DNA of 64,000 nucleotides from Candidatus Scalinduaceae bacterium (GTDB lineage: Bacteria; Planctomycetota; Brocadiia; Brocadiales; Scalinduaceae): assembly GCA_046759445.1 (NCBI GenBank), contig JBHICG010000001.1, forward strand, positions 1 to 64,000. The letters are read 5' to 3'. The notes under the pieces were generated by a model. That model was not told the origin of the DNA and did not search any database. It saw only the letters and a program-made list of their open reading frames with translations. A program made the translations under genes and the position numbers. Shown in pieces: positions 1 to 8,503 of this stretch. The stretch's first letter is position 1. Every line of letters begins with the position of its first letter.

Positions 1-9
1 TAACTCATT

Positions 10-621
10 GATAGGTAAGCCACTGGTTTTACCAGTGAGACTATCAAAGGTTTTACCTTCAAGTATTTAGTATAATATTCCTCCTACTGGCTTGACGGTG
101 AGAGCAAACCAGAAAGGAGGAATAAATGGAAAAGTTTAATAGTTTATCACATTCGAGGTATGATTGTAAATATCATATAGTGTTTGTGCCCAAGTATAGG
201 AAGAAGTCATTGTTTGGTAAGATACGACAGTATATAAAAGGAGTTTTTCATGAGTTGGCGAGGCAGAAGGGCAGCGATATAGTGTCTGGACATATGGCAT
301 TAGATCATGTGCATATGTGCATATCTATTCCTCCCAAGTATGCAGTGTCTGAGGTAATTGGTTACTTAAAGGGTAAAAGCGCAATAGCGGTGGCAAGACA
401 ATATGGAGGTAAAAGTAGGAACTTCAACGGTGAAAGATTATGGGCGAGAGGGTATGCAGTGTCAACGGTTGGTTTTGAGCTTGAAAAGGTTAAAAAATAC
501 ATAGCCCAACAGGAGAAGCTAGAGAAAAATCAAGAAGAGGGTAAATTTTAAATTGGTTTGAATGGCTGTCTTTGAGACAGCTCATAACCGTCAAGCCACC
601 CCTTTATGGGGTGCGTTATGA
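10..621 (+). mobile_element. IS200-type (tnpA-only) insertion sequence
   Basis: Y1 transposase flanked by subterminal hairpins: cactggt-ttt-accagtg (21-37); gctgtct-ttg-agacagc (565-581); tcataac...cacccc-tttat-ggggtg...gttatga (582-621). Exact ends are approximate. Confidence 0.85.
126..551 (+). CDS. tnpA: IS200/IS605 family Y1 (HUH) transposase
   Basis: YHIVFVPKYR, DHVH HUH motif, LWARGY and KYIAQQ catalytic Tyr; strong SD aggagg. Confidence 0.97.
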   Translation: MEKFNSLSHSRYDCKYHIVFVPKYRKKSLFGKIRQYIKGVFHELARQKGSDIVSGHMALDHVHMCISIPPKYAVSEVIGYLKGKSAIAVARQYGGKSRNFNGERLWARGYAVSTVGFELEKVKKYIAQQEKLEKNQEEGKF

Positions 622-665
622 CTTACTAACGGTTGATGCTTTCACCAGAAAGGCGGTGATTGCTT

Positions 666-776
666 ATGACTACTATTAAGTGTAGGCCAGTTAGAATTGG
701 TAAACCTGGCCGAAAGGCCGTCAAGGTTAGTTCACACAAACGGTCAACACCAAAACCTATAAAGCGTAAATGCTAA
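666..776 (+). CDS. 36-aa highly basic peptide, hypothetical (not in ORF track)
   Basis: MTTIKCRPVRIGKPGRKAVKVSSHKRSTPKPIKRKC, preceded by SD-like aaggcggtga. Confidence 0.5.
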   Translation: MTTIKCRPVRIGKPGRKAVKVSSHKRSTPKPIKRKC

Positions 777-873
777 TATAGTTAATTTACCCACGCACCT
801 CTTGAATTATATATATTTTTTTTAAAAAGTCAAATTAGGACACTACCTAAAATGTCTTCTTTCTACTCTTAAA

Positions 874-1371
874 TCAATCCCTTATTATTACCATCATCCC
901 CAATGCAACCGCATCGAACATATTCTGGTGATATCTTTCCTTCCATTTCCTGTCCTGGCTAATATATACCTTCAGTTCTGGATATTTTGAGACTATTACC
1001 TTTGCAACCTCTTCTTTACTAGCTTTGCCGTTTCCGCAGACAAACTTCTTGACGGTATTTGGGGCATAGCTTAACACCTTAAGTCTTTTCCTTTTTCCAA
1101 TAGCCTTTATCTCATCCACAAAGACATTAAGAAGAGATGAATTCCTGTTATTTGCAAAGAAGGTCTTTTCAACCACCAAAATCTCGGGTTTGAAATCATT
1201 TATTAATCTATGGACTATTATCCTCCCTTCTTCCAGGGTCTCATGGGGTGATCTTTTCTTCTTAATCGCTTTAACGCCATAATGGATAAGTTTTCCTTTT
1301 TCTAGGAAGGCAACACCCATTTCTCTGGTGCCAGGGTCAATGGCCAGGATTTTTGTTTTTTTCTTTGACAT
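874..1371 (-). CDS. RuvC-like Holliday junction resolvase-fold nuclease, catalytic residues intact
   Basis: ILAIDPGT, ILVVEK, YAPNTVKKFVCGNGKASKEEV and MFDAVALG. Likely start MSKKK at 1371; the ORF extends to 1428. Confidence 0.85.
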   Translation of the reverse strand: MSKKKTKILAIDPGTREMGVAFLEKGKLIHYGVKAIKKKRSPHETLEEGRIIVHRLINDFKPEILVVEKTFFANNRNSSLLNVFVDEIKAIGKRKRLKVLSYAPNTVKKFVCGNGKASKEEVAKVIVSKYPELKVYISQDRKWKERYHQNMFDAVALGMMVIIRD

Positions 1372-1414
1372 ATTTTTTATGGGTAAGATAAAGAAGTTTC
1401 TCACCCATCTAAAG

Positions 1415-1915
1415 TTAATATTTCCCATCTAATTGATAAAAGCATATCGACCCCAATGCTACCGCCTCAAACATCCTGATGTGATATGGATTCTTTCGTT
1501 TTTTCTCCCTGTTATATTCATGAAATAGGTCTGGATATCTTGAAGCAATTATTTCGACCATCTTCTTTTTATTTATCCTTCCTTCCTGAGAAAAGAAGGC
1601 CTCCAATTCTTTTATTGAATACTCATAAACCTTAAGCCTCTTTCTCCTTGAGGATTCTTTTATCTTGGCCGCTAGCCTATTCAGTTTCAGAGAACTCCTT
1701 GAAGAATGGAGTTTTTTTATGGCCAGTGCATTAGGCTTATACTGCTCAATAAGACTGGAGACAATCGCCATGGCTCTTTCCACCTTTTCTTTTGACCGCT
1801 TCCCCTTAATGACCTTCACCCTCCAGTCCCTGAGCTCCGTTCCATGAAAGACAGAAATCCCTAAATACCTTGTCCCAGGATTAATTCCAATGACTGTTAG
1901 AATTTTTTTGACCAT
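1415..1915 (-). CDS. RuvC-like paralog with degenerate active site
   Basis: Aligns with the neighbouring RuvC, but has GINPGT (D>N), LAIKK (E>K) and MFEAVALG (D>E). Confidence 0.8.
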   Translation of the reverse strand: MVKKILTVIGINPGTRYLGISVFHGTELRDWRVKVIKGKRSKEKVERAMAIVSSLIEQYKPNALAIKKLHSSRSSLKLNRLAAKIKESSRRKRLKVYEYSIKELEAFFSQEGRINKKKMVEIIASRYPDLFHEYNREKKRKNPYHIRMFEAVALGSICFYQLDGKY

Positions 1916-2582
1916 ATTTCATAACTAAGTGATTAAATAAAGCTCCTCGACTCTTTTTGATCTTCTCATCAGGTATTTCCTTTACCTCACCTAAGACCCT
2001 CCTTAAAAGGGATTCAGGATATTTCTTGGAATAAGAGATGTATAGGGCAAGACCTTGATAGTCATTCAATGCTTCAGCCAAATCCAGGGCTAACAGCTCC
2101 TCTCTGCTGCTTGGTCTAAATCTTTTAAATTTAGTGTGGTTCGAATTCATAAATTTATTATCTTCGATATCGTTATTATTAATAATTGTCGTTATCTCGT
2201 TATCGTTAGTGTTCCTGTCCTTTACATCTGAGTTTCCTTTACTTGACATCAGAGTTTCTTGGGCTTTACACCTTGAGACTTTAAGCATATGATATACACA
2301 GTGATATCTGCTCCTTTTCTCTATCCTGATAAGTCCATTTTTATCTAAGAGCTTAATGGCCTTATTTACGGTGGCTCTTGAATAGCCAAGATGCTCTGCA
2401 ATATACTTTTGAGAGGGGAAACAGCTCTGCCTGCTATCAGCAAAAGAGGCCAGGAAGTTATAGACAGCAATGCCTGTAGCGCCTACCTTTGGTGTATACT
2501 CCTTGATTACGGCCTTGTGTATCCAGTACCAGTCACCATTTCTCAAGTCCCTGACCTCAATTTTTGTATTGGCCTCCTCCAT
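1881..2582 (-). CDS. HTH-domain replication-initiator-like protein
   Basis: CFPSQKYIAEHLGYSRATVNKAIKLL is an HTH_36-type phage/plasmid Rep N-terminus; Asn-rich linker; C-terminal KKSRGALFNHL. Confidence 0.7.
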   Translation of the reverse strand: MEEANTKIEVRDLRNGDWYWIHKAVIKEYTPKVGATGIAVYNFLASFADSRQSCFPSQKYIAEHLGYSRATVNKAIKLLDKNGLIRIEKRSRYHCVYHMLKVSRCKAQETLMSSKGNSDVKDRNTNDNEITTIINNNDIEDNKFMNSNHTKFKRFRPSSREELLALDLAEALNDYQGLALYISYSKKYPESLLRRVLGEVKEIPDEKIKKSRGALFNHLVMKYGQKNSNSHWN

Positions 2583-2585
2583 AGG

Positions 2586-2750
2586 TTAATAAAATTTCTT
2601 TCCCCAGACATGCTCACAGATGGTCTGAGCAAGTAAACCAAGATGTTTTCTCATCTCATCAATCTCTTTGTTCGTTAAATCAGGCATCTTTAAGATGCGC
2701 CGGTATTTCTCATAAATGTCGACCTTTTTGTTTTTGCCTCTACTGCTCAT
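2586..2750 (-). CDS. 54-aa hypothetical protein (not in ORF track)
   Basis: MSSRGKNKKVDIYEKYRRILKMPDLTNKEIDEMRKHLGLLAQTICEHVWGKKFY; fills the gap between the XRE and Rep genes in a tightly packed operon. Confidence 0.7.
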   Translation of the reverse strand: MSSRGKNKKVDIYEKYRRILKMPDLTNKEIDEMRKHLGLLAQTICEHVWGKKFY

Positions 2751-3051
2751 TTTGATCTTCTTTCTTCTCCTTTGCCTTTAAGACCCTCTCTTCTCTTTTT
2801 CGTAGATCAGCCTTAAGTAACCTCATTAGGTCAATAAACAGGGCATCCACCAGTGTTCGGTAAAGCAGGCTTAATTTAAAGATATTCAGTGAGCTCGGCA
2901 GGCATGCACCTTTCTCCCATCGGGATATCATGCTTGTGCTCCTTAGACCCAAAATCTTTGCCACATCCCTTTGCTTGAGGCCACTGATTTTCCTATACCT
3001 CCTGAGACAGTTAGGTATACTTTTGTAATTAATATCCTTCACTTTTCCCAT
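2740..3051 (-). CDS. XRE-family HTH regulator
   Basis: LRRYRKISGLKQRDVAKILGLRSTSMISRWEKG. Confidence 0.9.
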   Translation of the reverse strand: MGKVKDINYKSIPNCLRRYRKISGLKQRDVAKILGLRSTSMISRWEKGACLPSSLNIFKLSLLYRTLVDALFIDLMRLLKADLRKREERVLKAKEKKEDQNEQ

Positions 3052-3334
3052 ATGAAGAATTCATGATTAATACTTTCAGAGTATCAAAGAGTTGGATTGA
3101 AAGAAGAAGGGAGAAACTGCTTTTTTAGGTAAATTAGAGATTTTGATGGGGAAACAGTGGGGATAAAGTTGATTAAAAAGAAAAACCACCCGTTTTGAGG
3201 TGTAAAAGTAAATAGCATATCGAGAGGACTATTAAAATGAATGAATTTGCCAAGGAGAGTGTTGAAAGATATTCCGTAATCACGTAAGGTTAAGATATGT
3301 TTCTAACTAAAAACACTACTTTGAGCATAAAATA

Positions 3335-3372
3335 GAAAAGAGGTGCGTAATATAACAAGCGCACCTCTTTTC
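3335..3372. terminator. Putative intrinsic terminator
   Basis: 13-bp inverted repeat gaaaagaggtgcg / cgcacctcttttc downstream of the 3513..4112 gene. Confidence 0.6.
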
Positions 3373-3512
3373 CTAGTCGCTGATAAATTTTTTAAAAACT
3401 AAGTTGTCTCCAACATCAAAGGATTATTTTTTGTCCATACTTATGTTAAAAAAGGGTCATCTAAATAGATAGAGACGGCCCGTCCATCAAGAATTATTTC
3501 AACTGCTATTTA

Positions 3513-4112
3513 CTAAGGACTATACTGGCCAAACCCAGGCCCTGCCGGGCTTTTGTATAGTATCCCGTGTTGCCCTGCTGACGGATCATTGGATACTTCT
3601 TGAATTATAGCAAACGAACCCCAAATCACTGGGCCAATCTCAGTACCGTCTGCTGCATACCATACACCACCACTTTTAGTGGCGTCTGAAGGTGCTGCAA
3701 CAATTTTGATAAAGTAAGTCCATTTCCTCATCTTTCCATTAACATCAACTTTACCTGACTGGTGGTTTGTCAGCCAGGCGCCTGAACCTATATAAGTTGG
3801 ATATCCGTTATGTCTATCCAGCTTGTAATCCAAGTCACAATCCAAATTGCTCAGCCATGCATCATTCCACTTCATAATGAGGTCAACATCACAATAATCT
3901 CCACCCTCTACACGATCGAAGTCACAATATCTTCCATTGTACATATGGGCTTGGTAATTGTAGCCAAATTCATCGTATCCTGTGGTTAATGTCTCTCCAG
4001 TTGAAGCAAGTATTGTTCCGTCCTGAATAGTTGCGCAGCCCTGCGCTATTGATAACTTAGCGATAGAAACAGCTAATCCGAAAGCCAAAATAATTACGAA
4101 TACTTTCTTCAT
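3513..4112 (-). CDS. Secreted hypothetical protein
   Basis: Signal peptide, SD ggagg, Trp/Tyr/Cys-rich body. Confidence 0.8.
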   Translation of the reverse strand: MKKVFVIILAFGLAVSIAKLSIAQGCATIQDGTILASTGETLTTGYDEFGYNYQAHMYNGRYCDFDRVEGGDYCDVDLIMKWNDAWLSNLDCDLDYKLDRHNGYPTYIGSGAWLTNHQSGKVDVNGKMRKWTYFIKIVAAPSDATKSGGVWYAADGTEIGPVIWGSFAIIQEVSNDPSAGQHGILYKSPAGPGFGQYSP

Positions 4113-4327
4113 CGTAATTCCTCCTCTCCTGATAAAAATAATTATTTAAAAAACCTACCTCAAAAAAAACGCTTATTCGTAATCTTCACCTCCTTTCTTT
4201 ACTGACGCATGAAAGAGCATTAATTAGAAATTTGAATTTGAGAATTTCTCTTATATTTAACTCATTAATTGATTTTCTTTCTTCCGCATATCCTTCAACT
4301 ATAGAAAAGAATAAAAACTCGTAATCT

Positions 4328-5002
4328 CTAAGATGGATTACAATGCTTACAGGGAACACCTCCGGCCTCGCGTGCTTTTTGTGCTGAACTAAATTGTATT
4401 AAATCTTCTGTATTTAGTTCAGAACAATTGCGCTTGTGATATACTCTAGAATTTTTGGTTGTGTATACAGGAGGTTGTTGCTTCGTGGTTGCTACTACTT
4501 TTGATTTATTAGTTCTTGCTGTTTTAAACATTTTATCCCCCCACCTACCAGAGCTGGCTGATGTTACAATGCCTTGTGAATTAAAGGTAACCGCTCCTTG
4601 GTAAGCTGTAGCTCCAGTCGGCATTGTTAAGCTCGTAGCACTATTGACTGCCATAGCCGGTATCCATGCACCAGGAACAAGTGAGCCTATGATATGACTT
4701 GCTCCATATATCGGCAGTGTCGATAACATCTGAGAGTTGAGATCGTTACTGGTGTATGTCCACGTCTCGCTACCGTCCGAATTTCTTGATACACCATTTG
4801 GCTCTCCAAGCAACTGTCTGACTTCCTCTTTTGTTGTGACTCCTTCCTTAATCATGCTCATTATAGATGGGTCATTGATTTTCGCTGCACCGGTACCGGT
4901 AGTTGTTAAGCAGCCGGCAGTTAAAAAACTTCCTGCAATAAAAAACATGACAACTATCAGGATATAACCCAGTTTTTGCGCGCTAGTGTCTTTTCTTTTC
5001 AT
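4328..5002 (-). CDS. Lipoprotein with SmpA/BamE-like domain and C-terminal Ada-type Zn-binding domain
   Basis: Lipobox LTAGC; IKEGVTTKEEVRQLLGEP...ETWTY; VYHKRNC...AREAGGVPCKHCNP. Confidence 0.8.
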   Translation of the reverse strand: MKRKDTSAQKLGYILIVVMFFIAGSFLTAGCLTTTGTGAAKINDPSIMSMIKEGVTTKEEVRQLLGEPNGVSRNSDGSETWTYTSNDLNSQMLSTLPIYGASHIIGSLVPGAWIPAMAVNSATSLTMPTGATAYQGAVTFNSQGIVTSASSGRWGDKMFKTARTNKSKVVATTKQQPPVYTTKNSRVYHKRNCSELNTEDLIQFSSAQKAREAGGVPCKHCNPS

Positions 5003-5262
5003 CAGTAATCTCCTTTTTGTTTAATAGTATAGTATTCCCAACAAAAGCGCCGATGCCTCTAAAGCAAAAAATCTTTGATCAAATACTCCTAATAATCAGT
5101 ATACCTTTTATACTTATGAGATAGAAAAACATCTTAAAATTCAATATTAAATGCCTATAATTCTACATTAAATATAGATATATGTCAATATATTAAACAT
5201 TTGATGCTGTTCCACAAATATTGCAAATGAAATAGTATACGGAACAAATTCATGGAGGTATT

Positions 5263-5589
5263 ATGGAACAGTCTACAAAAGAGTTACTCGGTGAGAGGAT
5301 AAAGGAACTAAGGAAAATAAGGCGATTAACCCAAGATCAACTTTCGCAAAAGATTGACATAGACCCGAAGCACCTAAGCAGAATAGAGGTAGGCCGAAGT
5401 TTTCCTTCTCTTGATACACTTGAAAAATTAGCCAATGTCTTACAAGTGGAGCTAAGTGTTTTTTTTGAGTTTAGCCACAAAGCTAAATCATCAAGAGAGC
5501 TTAAGAAGATTATAAGTGAGTTACTCAAAGGTGCAGATGAGGATAAACTGAGGCTGGTAGTAAAGGTTCTGAAGGCATTGTTGAGGTGA
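5263..5589 (+). CDS. XRE-family transcriptional regulator
   Basis: LGERIKELRKIRRLTQDQLS...HLSRIEVG...PSLDTLEKLA. Confidence 0.92.
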   Translation: MEQSTKELLGERIKELRKIRRLTQDQLSQKIDIDPKHLSRIEVGRSFPSLDTLEKLANVLQVELSVFFEFSHKAKSSRELKKIISELLKGADEDKLRLVVKVLKALLR

Positions 5590-6002
5590 AAGTCACAGCG
5601 ACAATAGCACTATCTAATACTAAGACGAATTAGGCTAATGAACTATCCTTTGAAAAGGATTTTAAAGAAACCACCCTTTTGGGTGGTAATAGGTTTATGT
5701 CAAAGAGTAATGATATTTCTTCTTGATTTTCTTAGTTCGTAACTTTAGTCTTTTACTTTAAAAAGGCATTTCAACGGTTGGCCAATAAGCATTAATTCAT
5801 ATTTCAATTCGTGACGTGATCTTGAAAACAAGTTCATCATAACAAAGATTGTAATTATATATAAGCACTATAATGTTAATTATTTATTTTCAGACTTTCC
5901 AAAAGACAAATCCAATTGTCAAGAGGTTGATGAAAGATAAATACTCACTATTTACTACAATAAAAAGAAATGTTAGGCAAGAAAAATAAAATCATTAATA
6001 AA

Positions 6003-7490
6003 ATGAAAATTCTATTTCTCGATACAAATATTTTCATACAATGCCGTGATCTTGAACAGTTACCTTGGCCGGAAATATGTAGAGATGAAGAATATCTTTT
6101 ACTATTTATACCAAGGGCTGTCCAAGAGGAAATTGATCACCACAAACAAGAAGGGAATAGCCGAAGGGCTAAAAGAGCAAAAAAAGCTAGCTCTTTCATT
6201 AGACGAATAATACTTTCAAAGGATACTAAACTCGTTATAAGGGATTCAAAGCCAATTGTTGGAATTTCATTCACTCCACCGTTGAGCAATGATTGTCAAT
6301 TACCTGACTTTTTGGATTTATCACGACCAGATGACTGCATAATTGCTGAAATCATAAGATATAGAAATAAATATCCTGATCATGATGTTTCAATCCTTAC
6401 TCATGATACTAATCCCCTATTGACTGCAAAGCGTTGTGGCCTTTCATATTTTGTAGTCCCAGACAACTGGCTATTACCACCAGAACTTGACTCTAAAGAT
6501 AAGAAAATTATAGAGCTCGAAAACCGTATAAAAGAACTGCAGAGAAATTATCCTGTAATTGAAGTATCTTCGGTGGATGATTCTGGTAACGAGACTAATC
6601 ATTTTTCGGCCGAGGTGGTTCGATATAAATCCTTAGCTGAAAATGAGCTTGATGATTTATTAAATGAAGTTAAGAGGCGTTATCCTATGAAAACTCATTT
6701 TTCTGATAAACCACCTGAGTCTATAGTTAATCAATTAACAGGCTTAGCCGCAGTGCATAGTGTGTTTGGTTACAAACGAAAATTCATTCCGCCTACTGCT
6801 GAAAAAATCGAAAAATATCAAAATGAAGAATATCCTGCTTGGATAGAGAAAGTAAGGAAATATTTATTGTCATTACCTGAAAAATTTGAAGAATCTACTC
6901 GAAGTCTTTCTTTCTCAATAAAAGTTAACAATAATGGTAATGTTCCTGCTGAAAATACAATAGTTGAATTTAAAGCATTTGGGGGTATTTTTTTCAAACC
7001 GTCTTCAAATGATGATGAAAGTAATGAGAAAAATGATGCTTTAATATTTCCATCTCCACCAAAGCCGCCTGAAGGCCGCTGGATAACACAAAGAAGCCCC
7101 ATTTTTGATACGATGGAAGCGTTTAGAGCTTTCACTAAAGGTCATATAAGCCCTGTTTATGGCCCAATTTTAAAGGATATTCCGTTAATTCCAAAAGAGC
7201 GTGATAGGAACGCTTTTTATTGGAAAAATGGTAAACCAAGAACGCCTGTTAGATCATGGATTTTCGAGTGCGAAGAATTTAGACACAAAATTGAAACAGA
7301 ATCGTTTGATTTAACAGTCCTTATACCACTATCGGAAAAAGATATTTTAAGGGGTACGGTCGAATGTTCGGTTTCTGCAAAGAATTTACCAAAACCGATT
7401 AATTTTTACATAAATTTGGATATTACATATGTTGAAGGCGAAACCCGTGATGAAGTAAAAAATTACTTAATGAGCATTAAAGTTAAATAA
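6003..7490 (+). CDS. PIN-domain protein, integron-cassette borne
   Basis: LFLDTNIF, AVQEEID, PDDCII and LTHD acidic PIN residues, then a coiled coil and a C-terminal domain. Start taken as ATG 6003 because the core site GTTAGGC lies at 5972. Confidence 0.8.
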   Translation: MKILFLDTNIFIQCRDLEQLPWPEICRDEEYLLLFIPRAVQEEIDHHKQEGNSRRAKRAKKASSFIRRIILSKDTKLVIRDSKPIVGISFTPPLSNDCQLPDFLDLSRPDDCIIAEIIRYRNKYPDHDVSILTHDTNPLLTAKRCGLSYFVVPDNWLLPPELDSKDKKIIELENRIKELQRNYPVIEVSSVDDSGNETNHFSAEVVRYKSLAENELDDLLNEVKRRYPMKTHFSDKPPESIVNQLTGLAAVHSVFGYKRKFIPPTAEKIEKYQNEEYPAWIEKVRKYLLSLPEKFEESTRSLSFSIKVNNNGNVPAENTIVEFKAFGGIFFKPSSNDDESNEKNDALIFPSPPKPPEGRWITQRSPIFDTMEAFRAFTKGHISPVYGPILKDIPLIPKERDRNAFYWKNGKPRTPVRSWIFECEEFRHKIETESFDLTVLIPLSEKDILRGTVECSVSAKNLPKPINFYINLDITYVEGETRDEVKNYLMSIKVK

Positions 7491-7504
7491 CTATTCATTA
7501 TATC

Positions 7505-7577
7505 GCCCAACAACAGCTTCGAGAGGGACGCGGGTTACGCTGACACTACACCCACGCCCTCAAGCTGAGTGCTAGGG
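7505..7577 (+). other. attC site
   Basis: R'' GCCCAAC; cagctt(c)gag(a)gg pairs with ccctcaagctg leaving extrahelical bases; R' GCTAGGG (GTT>GCT). Confidence 0.75.
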
Positions 7578-7593
7578 TTATGGCGGGGAGAGG

Positions 7594-7773
7594 ATGGAAG
7601 ACATATTTATATGTCATAAATGTGGCAAAGAAAACAAATACAACTCATTAAGATTTGAAGAAGAAACACAAAAGTCTTTGATACTAGAGATGAAAATATC
7701 TAAAGAAAAAGAAATAATAATAAATTGCAACAAATGTGGTACTCCTAACAAGGTAAAAATTAAGGTTATGTAA
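7594..7773 (+). CDS. 59-aa Zn-ribbon protein (not in ORF track)
   Basis: MEDIFICHKCGKEN...INCNKCGTPNKVKIKVM with two CxxC motifs; SD ggggag; TAATG overlap with the next gene. Confidence 0.75.
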   Translation: MEDIFICHKCGKENKYNSLRFEEETQKSLILEMKISKEKEIIINCNKCGTPNKVKIKVM

Positions 7774-8198
7774 TGAAAAAAATAGAAAACAAAATGAGCG
7801 AAAGTTCAGTTAGTGGAAAACCTGCATCAAAGGAAGATGTTTTCTACGTTAGATGGGCTCAGGAATCAATAAAAAATAATATAGATACCACTAACAAAGT
7901 TCTTGGACAGTTGCTTAATCTAAATGCGGTGTTATTAGGTGGTAGCATCGTATTCGTAGATAAAGATCTTATGAATGAACAGTTTAAGGTGGCTGTAATA
8001 TTTCTGTTTTTAATAAGTATGATAGTTGCTTTTCTCGGCAATCTTCCTTATGAGGGAAAAGTTTACACAGATATTCCAGAAGAGATTAAAAATCACAAGG
8101 CAAGGGCACTTAAACATAAAAGATTTTTTCTATGGTTTTCGAGCTGTATCATGCTCACAGGTTTCTTAGTTGCATGTTTTGGCTTTGTCTTCAAATGA
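7773..8198 (+). CDS. Membrane protein, about 3 TM
   Basis: Three hydrophobic segments; coupled to the Zn-ribbon gene. Confidence 0.8.
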   Translation: MKKIENKMSESSVSGKPASKEDVFYVRWAQESIKNNIDTTNKVLGQLLNLNAVLLGGSIVFVDKDLMNEQFKVAVIFLFLISMIVAFLGNLPYEGKVYTDIPEEIKNHKARALKHKRFFLWFSSCIMLTGFLVACFGFVFK

Positions 8199-8204
8199 AA
8201 CAGG

Positions 8205-8332
8205 TCCTAACCAGTCACTGGACTTGAACGAGTGTTGCAGGTAACTTTTTTAGTTTTGTTTTTTTGTTTGCAAACTGTTTTTTTAACAAGCTGACATCAT
8301 ACAGGTATTCGTCAGTCAGTTTGTCGTTATTT
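8205..8332 (+). other. attC site
   Basis: R'' TCCTAAC; actg(g)act(t)ga(a)cgagt pairs with attcgtcagtcagt leaving 3 extrahelical bases; R' GTTATTT. Confidence 0.8.
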
Positions 8333-8503
8333 CTCAACCAATTCTCTTACTTTTTTTTCATACTCTCTCCCCATGTTACCATGACTCTTTCATACTTAAT
8401 CTCATCAAACACTAAAACATACTTTACAAGGATTTATATCTAAACTTATTGTAGTAGTGGGTTATTCAGTCGTATTGGCTTTCCTCTCCATTATGATTGT
8501 TTT

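Noticed and set aside
624..650. attC-like start tactaacggttg after the IS200 end
   Set aside because: No complementary L'/R' arm was found.
874..1915. RuvC genes as TnpB/Cas12 partner of the IS200 tnpA
   Set aside because: Too short, no Zn finger, opposite strand and outside the IS right-end hairpin.
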